Of a DNA stretch of 64,000 bases, positions 27,528-36,793 are shown piece by piece. Source of the stretch: Bacteroidota bacterium. Lineage in GTDB: Bacteria; Bacteroidota; Bacteroidia; Flavobacteriales; Flavobacteriaceae. Position numbers and translations under genes: made by a program. The number at the start of each line of letters is the position of its first letter. Within the stretch, counting starts at the first letter, position 1. Below the pieces are notes generated by a model. It made no database searches and was not told the origin of the DNA. It worked only from the letters and a program-made list of their open reading frames with translations. The stretch is taken from positions 10,128 to 74,127 of the forward strand of contig JAQCJC010000001.1 in the NCBI GenBank assembly GCA_027593245.1, given 5' to 3'.

Positions 27528-28337
27528 ATGAAGACGCTTAATTTAAAAACTGCTGAAGAAATTGAACTCATTCGCGAGAGTGCGCTTATCGTGTCCAAAA
27601 CCCTCGGGATGCTCGCTAAAGAAGTTCAACCTGGAGTTACTACACTTCAACTCGATAATCTAGCAGAAACATTTATAAGAGACCATGGAGCCATTCCTGG
27701 TTTTTTAGGTCTTTATGATTTTCCAAATACATTATGTGTAAGCCCTAACGAACAAGTAGTTCACGGAATTCCAAATAACACACCTCTAAAAGAAGGTGAC
27801 ATTATTTCTATAGATTGTGGCGCCCTAAAAAATGATTTTTATGGTGATCATGCCTACACTTTTCCCGTTGGTGAAATAGCAACGGAAATACAAAAACTTT
27901 TAGAAGTCACAAAAGCATCACTTTATGAAGGGATTAAGGCCTTCAAAAAAAATAACCGTGTTGGTGATGTGGGTTACGCTATCCAAAATTATTGTGAGTC
28001 GTACGGCTATGGAGTTGTTAGAGAATTAGTAGGCCATGGATTGGGGCGCGTTATGCACGAAGAGCCTGAAATGCCTAATTACGGTAAACGTGGGCGCGGA
28101 AAAAAATTTGCTGACGGAATGGTTGTGGCTATAGAACCAATGATCAATATGGGTACCCAACGCATCAAACACCACAGCGACGGTTGGACCATCACTACTC
28201 GAGACAATAGACCTAGCGCACACTTCGAACACAACATAGCCATGGTTGATGGAAAACCAGAACTACTGTCTACATTTGCTTATATTAATGAAGCCCTTGG
28301 AATAGAAACTGAAGAAGAGCTAGAATTTAAAAGATAA
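27528..28337 (+). CDS. map: type I methionyl aminopeptidase
   Basis: 269 aa from ATG 27528. Metal-ligand regions DCGALKNDFYGDHA, VGHGLG, VAIEPM and HFEHNIA. Confidence 0.93.
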   Translation: MKTLNLKTAEEIELIRESALIVSKTLGMLAKEVQPGVTTLQLDNLAETFIRDHGAIPGFLGLYDFPNTLCVSPNEQVVHGIPNNTPLKEGDIISIDCGALKNDFYGDHAYTFPVGEIATEIQKLLEVTKASLYEGIKAFKKNNRVGDVGYAIQNYCESYGYGVVRELVGHGLGRVMHEEPEMPNYGKRGRGKKFADGMVVAIEPMINMGTQRIKHHSDGWTITTRDNRPSAHFEHNIAMVDGKPELLSTFAYINEALGIETEEELEFKR

Positions 28338-28355
28338 TTTTTAATTAAATATTTT

Positions 28356-29150
28356 ATGACACCTATTCAAAAAATAGAACATGAACTTATAGATTTGAAA
28401 ACACAGATTAATAAGCATCCACTCTACAAAACGCTCGAAACCATTGAGGATGTAAAAACATTTATGGAAATTCATGTATTCGCTGTTTGGGATTTTATGT
28501 CTTTGTTAAAAGCACTTCAAAATTTGTTGACCAATACTAGTATACCATGGACACCAAAGGGCCAAGGGGAAGCAGCGCGATTCATCAATGAAATTGTAAT
28601 GGGGGAAGAAAGTGATGTAAATGAATCAGGTGAGGTTAAAAGCCATTATGAAATGTACATCGATGCGATGGATCAGATTCAGGTTAATACTTCAAAAATA
28701 AAAGCCTTTATAACCTCCATAGAAAATGGCGATTCAATTGAAATAGCCCTAGAAAAGCACAAAATTGAAAGAGCTATTTCTGACTTTATAAAATTTACCT
28801 TTGAAGTTATTAATAGCGGAAAAGCACACCGAATAGCTTCGGCCTTTACTTTTGGCCGTGAGGATGTAATTCCTGATATGTTTTTTGAAATTATTCAGCA
28901 ATCAAAAACAGATAAAGAGGATAATCGATACAGTAAGTTGTTGTATTATTTGAATCGCCATATAGAAATTGACGGAGATGAACATGGTCCTATTTCACTA
29001 AAAATGGTTGAAACTCTTTGTGGAAGTGATGAGCAAAAATGGAGTGAAGCACTTGAAGTTGCAAAAATGGCCCTTCAGCAACGTATATCGCTTTGGGACT
29101 TCATCCAGAAAACTATTCTGCCTACAAAACAAATAGCGGTAATGCAATAG
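28356..29150 (+). CDS. DUF3050 domain-containing protein (haem-oxygenase-like fold family)
   Basis: 264 aa. [35 protein letters not shown] matches my recollection of the DUF3050 N-terminal signature. Confidence 0.65.
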   Translation: MTPIQKIEHELIDLKTQINKHPLYKTLETIEDVKTFMEIHVFAVWDFMSLLKALQNLLTNTSIPWTPKGQGEAARFINEIVMGEESDVNESGEVKSHYEMYIDAMDQIQVNTSKIKAFITSIENGDSIEIALEKHKIERAISDFIKFTFEVINSGKAHRIASAFTFGREDVIPDMFFEIIQQSKTDKEDNRYSKLLYYLNRHIEIDGDEHGPISLKMVETLCGSDEQKWSEALEVAKMALQQRISLWDFIQKTILPTKQIAVMQ

Positions 29151-29153
29151 CAA

Positions 29154-30116
29154 TTAAAACCCATTAAAAGATTTAAAAGCTAATTCTTTGTTTTCATCCT
29201 CAAAGATTATATAAACTCTTAATTCGGGATGTACACTCAAAAATCCTGAAAAGTCTTCAACTTTCATGGTTTGAAGAGCAGTAGCATAAGCATCGGCAAT
29301 AATACAGCTTTTGGCTATAACGGAGACACTCAGGATATTGGTTCGGCTTGGATAACCTGATTCTGTATCAATGATATGCGTGTACTTTCGTCCATTTTCA
29401 TCAATTTTATATTTGCGGTATGTACCCGATGTTGCCATGGCCTCATTGTTAAGGACAACAGTATCAATATAGGGAACCTCACTTTCTAAATTTGGATTTT
29501 GAACACCTATTTTCCATGGTGCTGTTTTGATGGAATTTATACCACCACATATAATTTCGCCTCCAATTTCCACCAAAAAATTATCAACACCATTGCGTTT
29601 TAAAAAATTGGCTATTCGATCTACGCCGTACCCCTTAGCAATAGCATTAAAATCAATTTTAGTAGCTTCGGGCTTATTGATGTTTAAACCATCAATTGAT
29701 ACTTTATCTAAACCAACAGATTGCATCAATGCTTTTATTTTCAAACTATCGAGTTGTTCTACTTTCCCTTCAGGACCAAAATCCCATGCATTTACTACGG
29801 CTCCAATAGTGGGGTCAAATCGGCCATTTGTTGTCTTATGAATAAGCTTTGAGGTTTGGAATACGGTTTTAAACTGAGAATCAATTTTTGTCGATTTATT
29901 ACTATTCACTTTTGAAATAATTGAATTCGGAATGTAGGTTGACATTGATTGATTGATGTCCCTAAAAATTAAATCAAACTCAGATTGAAAATTACGTGTA
30001 CTGTCATAAATAATACTGTATGTAGTGCCAAAAACAGCACCAGAGTTACGCTGCTGTTTGACTTTATCTTGGCAAGAGACTATAACTAATAAGAATAAAA
30101 AAACTGCGTTTCTCAT
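29154..30116 (-). CDS. apbE: FAD:protein FMN transferase
   Basis: 320 aa. Lipoprotein-like N-terminus (LVIVSCQD) and ApbE motifs AIAKGYGVD, ATSGTYRKY and ADAYATAL. It lies downstream of the nqr operon. Confidence 0.9.
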   Translation of the reverse strand: MRNAVFLFLLVIVSCQDKVKQQRNSGAVFGTTYSIIYDSTRNFQSEFDLIFRDINQSMSTYIPNSIISKVNSNKSTKIDSQFKTVFQTSKLIHKTTNGRFDPTIGAVVNAWDFGPEGKVEQLDSLKIKALMQSVGLDKVSIDGLNINKPEATKIDFNAIAKGYGVDRIANFLKRNGVDNFLVEIGGEIICGGINSIKTAPWKIGVQNPNLESEVPYIDTVVLNNEAMATSGTYRKYKIDENGRKYTHIIDTESGYPSRTNILSVSVIAKSCIIADAYATALQTMKVEDFSGFLSVHPELRVYIIFEDENKELAFKSFNGF

Positions 30117-30126
30117 TGATTTAAAA

Positions 30127-30504
30127 TTAATTCATATGCGCCTCTATAACCTGAATCCCATTGTACTCAATCAAGTATTCTTTGTCTAAATAGATAGGTA
30201 AATCTTCGCCTTCAGGATTACCAACAGCTACCCCAGCATACAATACTTTCGCATCTTTATCAAAAGCATGCTTTTTAAAGGTCTCCATCCAAACTACGTC
30301 GTAATTATTTGGGTTTTCTGGCAATTTAACAACCCGAACAATGACAAAGAAATACTGATTATTTTTATCAATACAGACAAACTGTGGATGCTTTTTTAGT
30401 TTGCTATTAATCGCAACAAATTCAAAACCTCTAGATTCTAAATCTTTGCCAACATGGTTCATACCCAAGTTGTGTAATTCTTGCTTAGAAAGTGCTTTTG
30501 ACAT
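30127..30504 (-). CDS. hypothetical protein (125 aa) between nqrF and apbE
   Basis: Soluble, one Cys. The start is ATG 30504, because the longer ORF runs into the hairpin. A 10-nt gap separates it from apbE. No family recognised. Confidence 0.6.
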   Translation of the reverse strand: MSKALSKQELHNLGMNHVGKDLESRGFEFVAINSKLKKHPQFVCIDKNNQYFFVIVRVVKLPENPNNYDVVWMETFKKHAFDKDAKVLYAGVAVGNPEGEDLPIYLDKEYLIEYNGIQVIEAHMN

Positions 30505-30510
30505 GGTACA

Positions 30511-30548
30511 AAAATACAAAAAGCTCAACATAAGTGTTGAGCTTTTTT
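30511..30548 (-). terminator. terminator-like hairpin after nqrF
   Basis: 9-bp stem AGCTCAACA / TGTTGAGCT (30522-30530 / 30535-30543) with a 4-nt loop. It is flanked by A- and T-runs; on the minus strand it is followed by TTTTTGTATTTT. Confidence 0.6.
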
Positions 30549-30569
30549 CGTTAATAGAACGATAAAATT

Positions 30570-31877
30570 TTAACCTCCAAAATCATCAAATCGGATGTGT
30601 TCATCTGGAATTCCAAAATCTTCACCCATTTTTTGAACAGCTTTATTCATTAATGGGGGGCCACAGAAGTAGAGTTCGATATCTTCTGGTGTTTCATGAT
30701 GATTCAAGTAGTTGTCAATTACACAGTTGTGAATAAACCCAACAAAACCATCACCAGGTGCATCGATATTTTCTTTGACTTTCCAATTGTCCTCTTCCAT
30801 TGGTTCAGAAAGAGCAAGGTAGAATTTGAAATTCGAAAATTCGTTTTCTAATTGTTGGAAATGATCTAAGTAAAATAATTCTCTTTTAGATCGACCACCA
30901 TACCAATATGTTACTTTACGACCCGTTTTTAACGTTTTGAATAAGTGGTAAAGGTGAGAGCGCATTGGTGCCATTCCTGCTCCACCACCAACATACAGCA
31001 TTTCTGACTCACTCTCATTGATGAAGAATTCACCATAAGGTCCAGAGATGGTAACTTTATCACCAGGTTTTTGAGCAAAAATATAAGACGATGCAACTCC
31101 AGGATTAACATCCATCCATCCATTTTTAGAACGATCCCATGGCGGAGTAGCAATACGAACATTCAGCATTATTTCTCGACCTTCTGCTGGGTAAGAAGCC
31201 ATAGAATATGCACGCTCTACAGTTTCGTTATTTTTCATTTTTAAGGGCCATAATCCGAACTTATCCCATTCGGTTTGGAATTTTTTGGGATCGTCGTGTT
31301 CTTCTGGATGCGCAGTTATATCCATTACTTCAAAATCGATCTCGCACGGTGGAATTTCAATTTGAATATATCCTCCAGCTTTATACCCCATATCTTCAGG
31401 GATTTCAACAACAAATTCCTTAATAAAAGAGGCAACATTGTAGTTTCGTACTACAGTGGCTTCCCATTTCTTTATTCCAAAAACCTCTTCTGGTATGGTG
31501 ATTTCCATATCTTGCTTCACCTTAACCTGACAAGACAAACGTGCGCCGTGTTTCAACTCTTTTCTGGAAAAGTGAGGAGTTTCTGTAGGTAATGCTTCTC
31601 CACCACCAGACAAAACATGGCATTCGCACTGTATGCAAGTACCTCCACCTCCACAAGCAGATGGTAAAAATATTTTTTGGTTTCCGAGTGTAGACAATAA
31701 AGTCCCCCCTGAAGATACTTCAATTTCTCTTTCACCATTGATTAGAATCTTAACAGGTCCCGAGGGTGATAGCTTTTGCTTTACAAAAAGAAGCACACTG
31801 ATAAGAAGTAAAGAAATCACTAAGAATGCTACAACAGTAGCGATAACGGTTCCAGAGGTTCCAGCTAAAATAATCAT
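30570..31877 (-). CDS. nqrF: Na+-translocating NADH-quinone reductase subunit F
   Basis: N-terminal TM helix, 2Fe-2S CGGGGTCIQCEC, FAD RAYSMASYP and NADH GGGAGMAPMRS motifs. Start ATG 31877 lies 1 nt after the nqrE stop. Confidence 0.95.
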   Translation of the reverse strand: MIILAGTSGTVIATVVAFLVISLLLISVLLFVKQKLSPSGPVKILINGEREIEVSSGGTLLSTLGNQKIFLPSACGGGGTCIQCECHVLSGGGEALPTETPHFSRKELKHGARLSCQVKVKQDMEITIPEEVFGIKKWEATVVRNYNVASFIKEFVVEIPEDMGYKAGGYIQIEIPPCEIDFEVMDITAHPEEHDDPKKFQTEWDKFGLWPLKMKNNETVERAYSMASYPAEGREIMLNVRIATPPWDRSKNGWMDVNPGVASSYIFAQKPGDKVTISGPYGEFFINESESEMLYVGGGAGMAPMRSHLYHLFKTLKTGRKVTYWYGGRSKRELFYLDHFQQLENEFSNFKFYLALSEPMEEDNWKVKENIDAPGDGFVGFIHNCVIDNYLNHHETPEDIELYFCGPPLMNKAVQKMGEDFGIPDEHIRFDDFGG

Positions 31878-31878
31878 T

Positions 31879-32604
31879 TTAATTTTCGGATTTAGTATTG
31901 TTAACAATTTCATTTTCCTGTTCTAAAACAGGTTTTACTTCGACGTTCTCGACCTTTTCAGCTGATTCAGCTGGAGCTTCATCACCACCAGTCAACATGC
32001 CGCCAAAACTAAGAAAACCAATACCCATCAAACCAGTTACAATAAAGGTAATTCCCAAACCTCTCAAAGGGGCAGGAACATTTGAGTATCTAATTTTTTC
32101 ACGTATTGAAGCTATGGCCAAAATAGCTAAAAACCAACCAATACCTGATGATATACCATAATTAACAGCCAAACCAAATGTTTCGATTTCACGCGATTGC
32201 ATAAATAGTGATCCGCCCAAAATAGCACAGTTTACTGCAATAAGTGGTAAAAATATTCCTAAAGAGTTGTATAATGAAGGTGAAAATTTCTCAACAATAA
32301 TCTCAACCAACTGAACCATTGTAGCAATAGTAGCAATAAACATAATGAAGGATAAGAACCCTAAGTCGTAGTCTGCGAATTCTTCCCCTAACCAAGATAG
32401 TGCTCCAGGCTGCAATAAATACTGATCAAGCAACCAGTTTAGTGGAACAGTTATAGCGAGTACAAAAATAACTGCAGCTCCTAATCCCACAGCCGTAGCT
32501 ACCTTTTTTGAAACAGCTAAATAAGAGCACATGCCCAGGAAAACTGCAAACACCATATTATCAATAAAAATTGATTTAAAAAATAATTCGATGTGTTCTA
32601 TCAT
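31879..32604 (-). CDS. nqrE: Na+-translocating NADH-quinone reductase subunit E (with an acidic C-terminal extension)
   Basis: 241 aa. Polytopic NqrE/RnfA family (AVNCAILGGSL) plus a tail of about 36 aa, GGDEAPAESAEKVENVEVKPVLEQENEIVNNTKSEN. Confidence 0.93.
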   Translation of the reverse strand: MIEHIELFFKSIFIDNMVFAVFLGMCSYLAVSKKVATAVGLGAAVIFVLAITVPLNWLLDQYLLQPGALSWLGEEFADYDLGFLSFIMFIATIATMVQLVEIIVEKFSPSLYNSLGIFLPLIAVNCAILGGSLFMQSREIETFGLAVNYGISSGIGWFLAILAIASIREKIRYSNVPAPLRGLGITFIVTGLMGIGFLSFGGMLTGGDEAPAESAEKVENVEVKPVLEQENEIVNNTKSEN

Positions 32605-32632
32605 TGTAGTTTAGTTTAAATTCTATTAAAAA

Positions 32633-33277
32633 TTAATCTTCAATTAATGCTTCATTTCTACTGCGCTGTACCCAAATTATAAGGCCGACGATGATAAGGG
32701 CCATTGGAGGCATCAGCATAAAACCATTATTTTCATATCCTGTAGAATATAGTCCTGTTTTTTCAATAGGATCACCCAGGACAGGAACTCCAAATAAAGT
32801 TCCGGAACCTAAAAGCTCTCTAAAAAACCCAACAATCAAAAGAATAACAGCATAACCAAAAGCATTTCCGATGCCATCTAAAAAAGCTTTCCAGGGACCA
32901 TTACCGAGTGCAAAAGCCTCAAATCGGCCCATGATAATACAATTGGTGATGATTAACCCTACAAATACAGATAATGTTTTGCTCAGCTCATATGCAAACG
33001 CTTTAAGAACCTGGTCCACAATAATTACCAGTGAAGCTACAACAATAAGTTGAACAATAATTCTGATTTTTGAAGGGATAATATTTCGAATTAATGAGAT
33101 TACAACATTACCAATACCTAGCACAAACAGAACAGCTATTCCCATCACTAATGATGCTTTAAGCTCTGCAGTAATAGCTAAAGCTGAGCAAATACCTAAT
33201 ACTTGAATAGTAATTGGGTTGTTGTCCGTTAAAGGATCCGTGATCAACTTAGCATCTTTTTTAGAAAGTAGTCCCAT
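32633..33277 (-). CDS. nqrD: Na+-translocating NADH-quinone reductase subunit D
   Basis: 214 aa, polytopic NqrD/RnfE family (LGICSALA, ITNCIIMGR). Confidence 0.95.
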   Translation of the reverse strand: MGLLSKKDAKLITDPLTDNNPITIQVLGICSALAITAELKASLVMGIAVLFVLGIGNVVISLIRNIIPSKIRIIVQLIVVASLVIIVDQVLKAFAYELSKTLSVFVGLIITNCIIMGRFEAFALGNGPWKAFLDGIGNAFGYAVILLIVGFFRELLGSGTLFGVPVLGDPIEKTGLYSTGYENNGFMLMPPMALIIVGLIIWVQRSRNEALIED

Positions 33278-33280
33278 GGT

Positions 33281-34039
33281 TTAGTTGTATTGATTTTTTA
33301 AGTTCTTGAAAAAAGGTAAGTATAATTTCAAATCTGACTTGATCATTGCTGAAACACCGTCCCCTGTAATGGTTGCTCCAGCGAGTGCATCAACCTCGTA
33401 ATCGTCTTTGATAAGATTTTTAGGATCATTATTCCCTTTAGCAACTGTAATTCCTTTGAATTCTCCAGAAGCAGTAAGTAATTTCTCTCCATTAAAATCA
33501 TCCATAAAATAACGTTGCTTAATATTAGCTCCAAGTCCAGGAGTTTCCCCCTTGTGGTCAAAATAAGCGCCTTGGATAACCATGTTTTCGTCCATAGCAA
33601 CGTACCCCCATATTGCGTCCCAAAGGCCTTTCCCTCGGATTGGTGCTATATAATATGTTTGTCCTGCTTTTTGACCAACAAATAAAGGTAAATCTCTTTT
33701 TTGCCCATTTTTTGCTTTTGCTTTTTCTTTTTTTACATCAATAAGATAAGCCTCATTGTTTTCTACAGCGTTTCCGCTTTCATCGACAACAAGTTGTTTT
33801 GCAATGTATTTAGAAAATTCATCGGCAACCTTATCAGTACCAACAAAAACAATATCGGTCGCACCATTTTCATTGACACCCATTGCATAGAGTATGTTTT
33901 GCTGCTTTTCCATGCGCTCATTCTCTACAATATTAGGTTTCAACGACGATGCTGTAAAAGCGAGCATAGATCCAACAACAACTACCATTCCGATGGCAAA
34001 AAGTATCGTGTATTTATTACTATCTGTATTATTACTCAT
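33281..34039 (-). CDS. nqrC: Na+-translocating NADH-quinone reductase subunit C
   Basis: 252 aa. One N-terminal TM helix and FMN attachment region DALAGATITGDGV. Confidence 0.93.
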   Translation of the reverse strand: MSNNTDSNKYTILFAIGMVVVVGSMLAFTASSLKPNIVENERMEKQQNILYAMGVNENGATDIVFVGTDKVADEFSKYIAKQLVVDESGNAVENNEAYLIDVKKEKAKAKNGQKRDLPLFVGQKAGQTYYIAPIRGKGLWDAIWGYVAMDENMVIQGAYFDHKGETPGLGANIKQRYFMDDFNGEKLLTASGEFKGITVAKGNNDPKNLIKDDYEVDALAGATITGDGVSAMIKSDLKLYLPFFKNLKNQYN

Positions 34040-34041
34040 AA

Positions 34042-35247
34042 TTATGCTGTTTTGACTTTGACTCGTTTTAAACGTTTCTTGACATTTCCTTGGACTACAT
34101 AATGGTCAATTGTAGGCGCAAAAACATTCATTAATAATATGGCTAAAAATACGCCCTCCGGATAAGCTGGATTGAAAACACGGATCATAATCGATATAAA
34201 ACCGATTAAAAAACCATAAATCCATTTTCCTTTGTTGGTTTGTGCCGCGGTCACGGGGTCTGTAGCCATATAAACGGCACCAAAAAGGATACTTCCAATG
34301 ATAAGATGCTGCCAAAAAGGAACACTCATTAATCCATAAAATTTGCTGTTTGAAGTTATGATTCCCGCATCAACTACACCATTGAAAATTAGACCCATAG
34401 CAAGAGCACCAATAATAGTACTTAGGATAATTCGCCAACTTCCTACTTTAGTAAAAATTAGAAAAAGAGCACCAAAAATGATTAATAATTTTGAAGTTTC
34501 TCCAATAGAACCAGGTATAAGACCAAAAAACATATCAGCGTAATTGTATACTACATCCTGGCTTTGAGCATAACTCCCTAAAATTGTTTCACCAGAAATA
34601 GCGTCAGCAGTGCCAGCACGTTCAACAGCACCATGAACCCAAACTTTATCCCCACTCATCCAGGTCGGATAAGCAAAAAATAAGAAAGCACGAATGGTTA
34701 GGGCAGGATTCAAAATGTTCATCCCTGTACCACCAAAAACTTCCTTTCCGATAACAACGCCAAATGCAACAGCTACAGCCAACATCCACAATGGAAGATC
34801 AACCGGAACTATCAGTGGTACAAGCATACCTGTTACCAAATAACCCTCTTCAACTTCGTGTCCTTTGATGACAGCAAAGATGAATTCAATGAGCAGGCCG
34901 ACACCGTAAGAAACCACTACCAATGGCAATACTTTCCAAATCCCAATGACTAAATTGTCCCAAGTCCAAAAGGATGAGCCTAAAAACCCATGTGCAGCAT
35001 CTATAGTTCCCAAGGCCAAATGATGTTGATAGCCAGCGTTGAACATACCAAAGATAAGGCATGGCACCATAGCCATGATCACCGTATTCATTGTACGCTT
35101 CAAATCATCGGCAACCTTGATATGTGTACCGTTGTGCGTAGTTTCATTGGGGAGATACAAAAAAGTATGAATGGCATTAAAAGCAGGTGCCATTTTTTTT
35201 CCTTTATATTTTTCTTTAAGATTGTGTAAGTTTGATTTTAAACCCAT
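34042..35247 (-). CDS. nqrB: Na+-translocating NADH-quinone reductase subunit B
   Basis: 401 aa, polytopic NqrB/RnfD family (GTHIKVADDLKRTM, DAISGETILG). Confidence 0.95.
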   Translation of the reverse strand: MGLKSNLHNLKEKYKGKKMAPAFNAIHTFLYLPNETTHNGTHIKVADDLKRTMNTVIMAMVPCLIFGMFNAGYQHHLALGTIDAAHGFLGSSFWTWDNLVIGIWKVLPLVVVSYGVGLLIEFIFAVIKGHEVEEGYLVTGMLVPLIVPVDLPLWMLAVAVAFGVVIGKEVFGGTGMNILNPALTIRAFLFFAYPTWMSGDKVWVHGAVERAGTADAISGETILGSYAQSQDVVYNYADMFFGLIPGSIGETSKLLIIFGALFLIFTKVGSWRIILSTIIGALAMGLIFNGVVDAGIITSNSKFYGLMSVPFWQHLIIGSILFGAVYMATDPVTAAQTNKGKWIYGFLIGFISIMIRVFNPAYPEGVFLAILLMNVFAPTIDHYVVQGNVKKRLKRVKVKTA

Positions 35248-35285
35248 TTAATTTGTGTTTTTCATTTTTACTTTGAAATGAATAG

Positions 35286-36641
35286 TTATCCAATTTCTTT
35301 AATCATTAAATCTAATCCTTCTCTTATTATCTTTTGGTGTGGTTGCTTAGATACACAAACAAACTCGGTAAGTGCAAAATCTTCAGGTGCAACTTCATAC
35401 ATCCCCAAAGCCTCCATCTCATCAAGATCCTTGTACATACACGCTTTTAAAATTTGCATTGGAAATATATCCAAAGGAAACACCTCTTCATAAGAACCTG
35501 TCAATACAAAGGCTCTATGCTCACCATTAGTGTTTGTAGTGAGGTCGTATTTTTTGTTGGGAGTTAACCATGAAAAAGTCAAGGCACGAGAAGTAGAAAC
35601 TTTATCAAATACTGGTTTGTTCCATCCAAAAAATTCATAGTCATCTCCTTCCGGTATTACCGAAATTACATCACTGTAGTAATCTAAGTAACCATCGGGT
35701 TTAATCTCTTTCCCAGACAGTACATTTCCAGAAATAATTCGTGCGTGTGCATCTTTTTGGATTCCTCGATCATAAATCATTGTTGCTATCTCACTTCCTA
35801 TTCTTGTTGTCAAATAGCGTGGCTGTTCAATTTGTGAGCCTACCAAAGCCACTACGCGCTCGGCGTTAAATTTACCTGTCAATAAAAGCTCACCGATAAT
35901 AACTAAATCTTGCGGGGTAACGGTCCAAACCGTTTCGCCCTTATTTATTGGATCAATTTTATTGATAAGCGTTCCGACATTTCCCGAAGGATGCGGTCCA
36001 GAAATTCTATGTAATGCTATACCCTCTAAATTGGTGAAAGGTGAGTGTGCATCTTTTGAAATCCCTACATGTACTTTCCCTTTTGTCAATTTTGACAAGG
36101 CAGTTACCGCAGCCTGTAATTCAGCTTCCTTACCCTTAAGCGTAAAATTATAATCTGCAGCAAGTGGTGCTGTTGCGTGAGCGGAAACAAAAATGGCTTT
36201 TGGTTCTCGATTAGGGTCTGCAATTATAGCGTATGGACGCTGTTTGATAAATGGCCAACAGCCCGAGGCAAGCAAAGTAGCCTTAATTTTTTCGGCTTTA
36301 GCACTACCCAACTTTAATTTGTCGTGTTTTTGAAAAACCAATGTTTTGTCAGCTTTGATTTTAACCTCCAAAATACGGCGTTTTTCACCACGTGAAATTT
36401 CAATAATCTCACCAGAAACAGGTGAGACGAATTTGATATCTTCATTGGATTTATCAAAAAACAAAGTTTCCCCAGCTTTAATCTTTTGTCCCAATTTGAC
36501 TAATAATTTTGGTGTTATACCGTGGAAGTCTTCAGGTCGAATCGTGTAGAAGTTGCTTTTAATAGCGCTCGTTTTGCTTAGCGCAGCTGCTCCCACTAAT
36601 TTGATGTCGAGACCTTTTTTAATTCGAATGTCGATTGACAT
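35286..36641 (-). CDS. nqrA: Na+-translocating NADH-quinone reductase subunit A
   Basis: 451 aa, soluble, first gene of the operon (MSIDIRIKKGLDIKLVGAA...). Confidence 0.93.
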   Translation of the reverse strand: MSIDIRIKKGLDIKLVGAAALSKTSAIKSNFYTIRPEDFHGITPKLLVKLGQKIKAGETLFFDKSNEDIKFVSPVSGEIIEISRGEKRRILEVKIKADKTLVFQKHDKLKLGSAKAEKIKATLLASGCWPFIKQRPYAIIADPNREPKAIFVSAHATAPLAADYNFTLKGKEAELQAAVTALSKLTKGKVHVGISKDAHSPFTNLEGIALHRISGPHPSGNVGTLINKIDPINKGETVWTVTPQDLVIIGELLLTGKFNAERVVALVGSQIEQPRYLTTRIGSEIATMIYDRGIQKDAHARIISGNVLSGKEIKPDGYLDYYSDVISVIPEGDDYEFFGWNKPVFDKVSTSRALTFSWLTPNKKYDLTTNTNGEHRAFVLTGSYEEVFPLDIFPMQILKACMYKDLDEMEALGMYEVAPEDFALTEFVCVSKQPHQKIIREGLDLMIKEIG

Positions 36642-36678
36642 ATGTTTTTGGTATTGAAATTTGTATCTAAAAATCGAG

Positions 36679-36686
36679 CAAATTTA
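36679..36686 (-). promoter_or_regulatory. -7 promoter box (TAAATTTG) for the nqr operon
   Basis: Exact TAnnTTTG on the minus strand, 37 nt upstream of the nqrA ATG at 36641. Confidence 0.45.
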
Positions 36687-36793
36687 CAAATTAAAACTGC
36701 ATTTGTCACAACAATTAAATGGATTTTTTTGTTAAAATTAGTATTTTATTTAAGCGGCAATTTTTACTTATATTTACTATCAAAATTTTGTTT

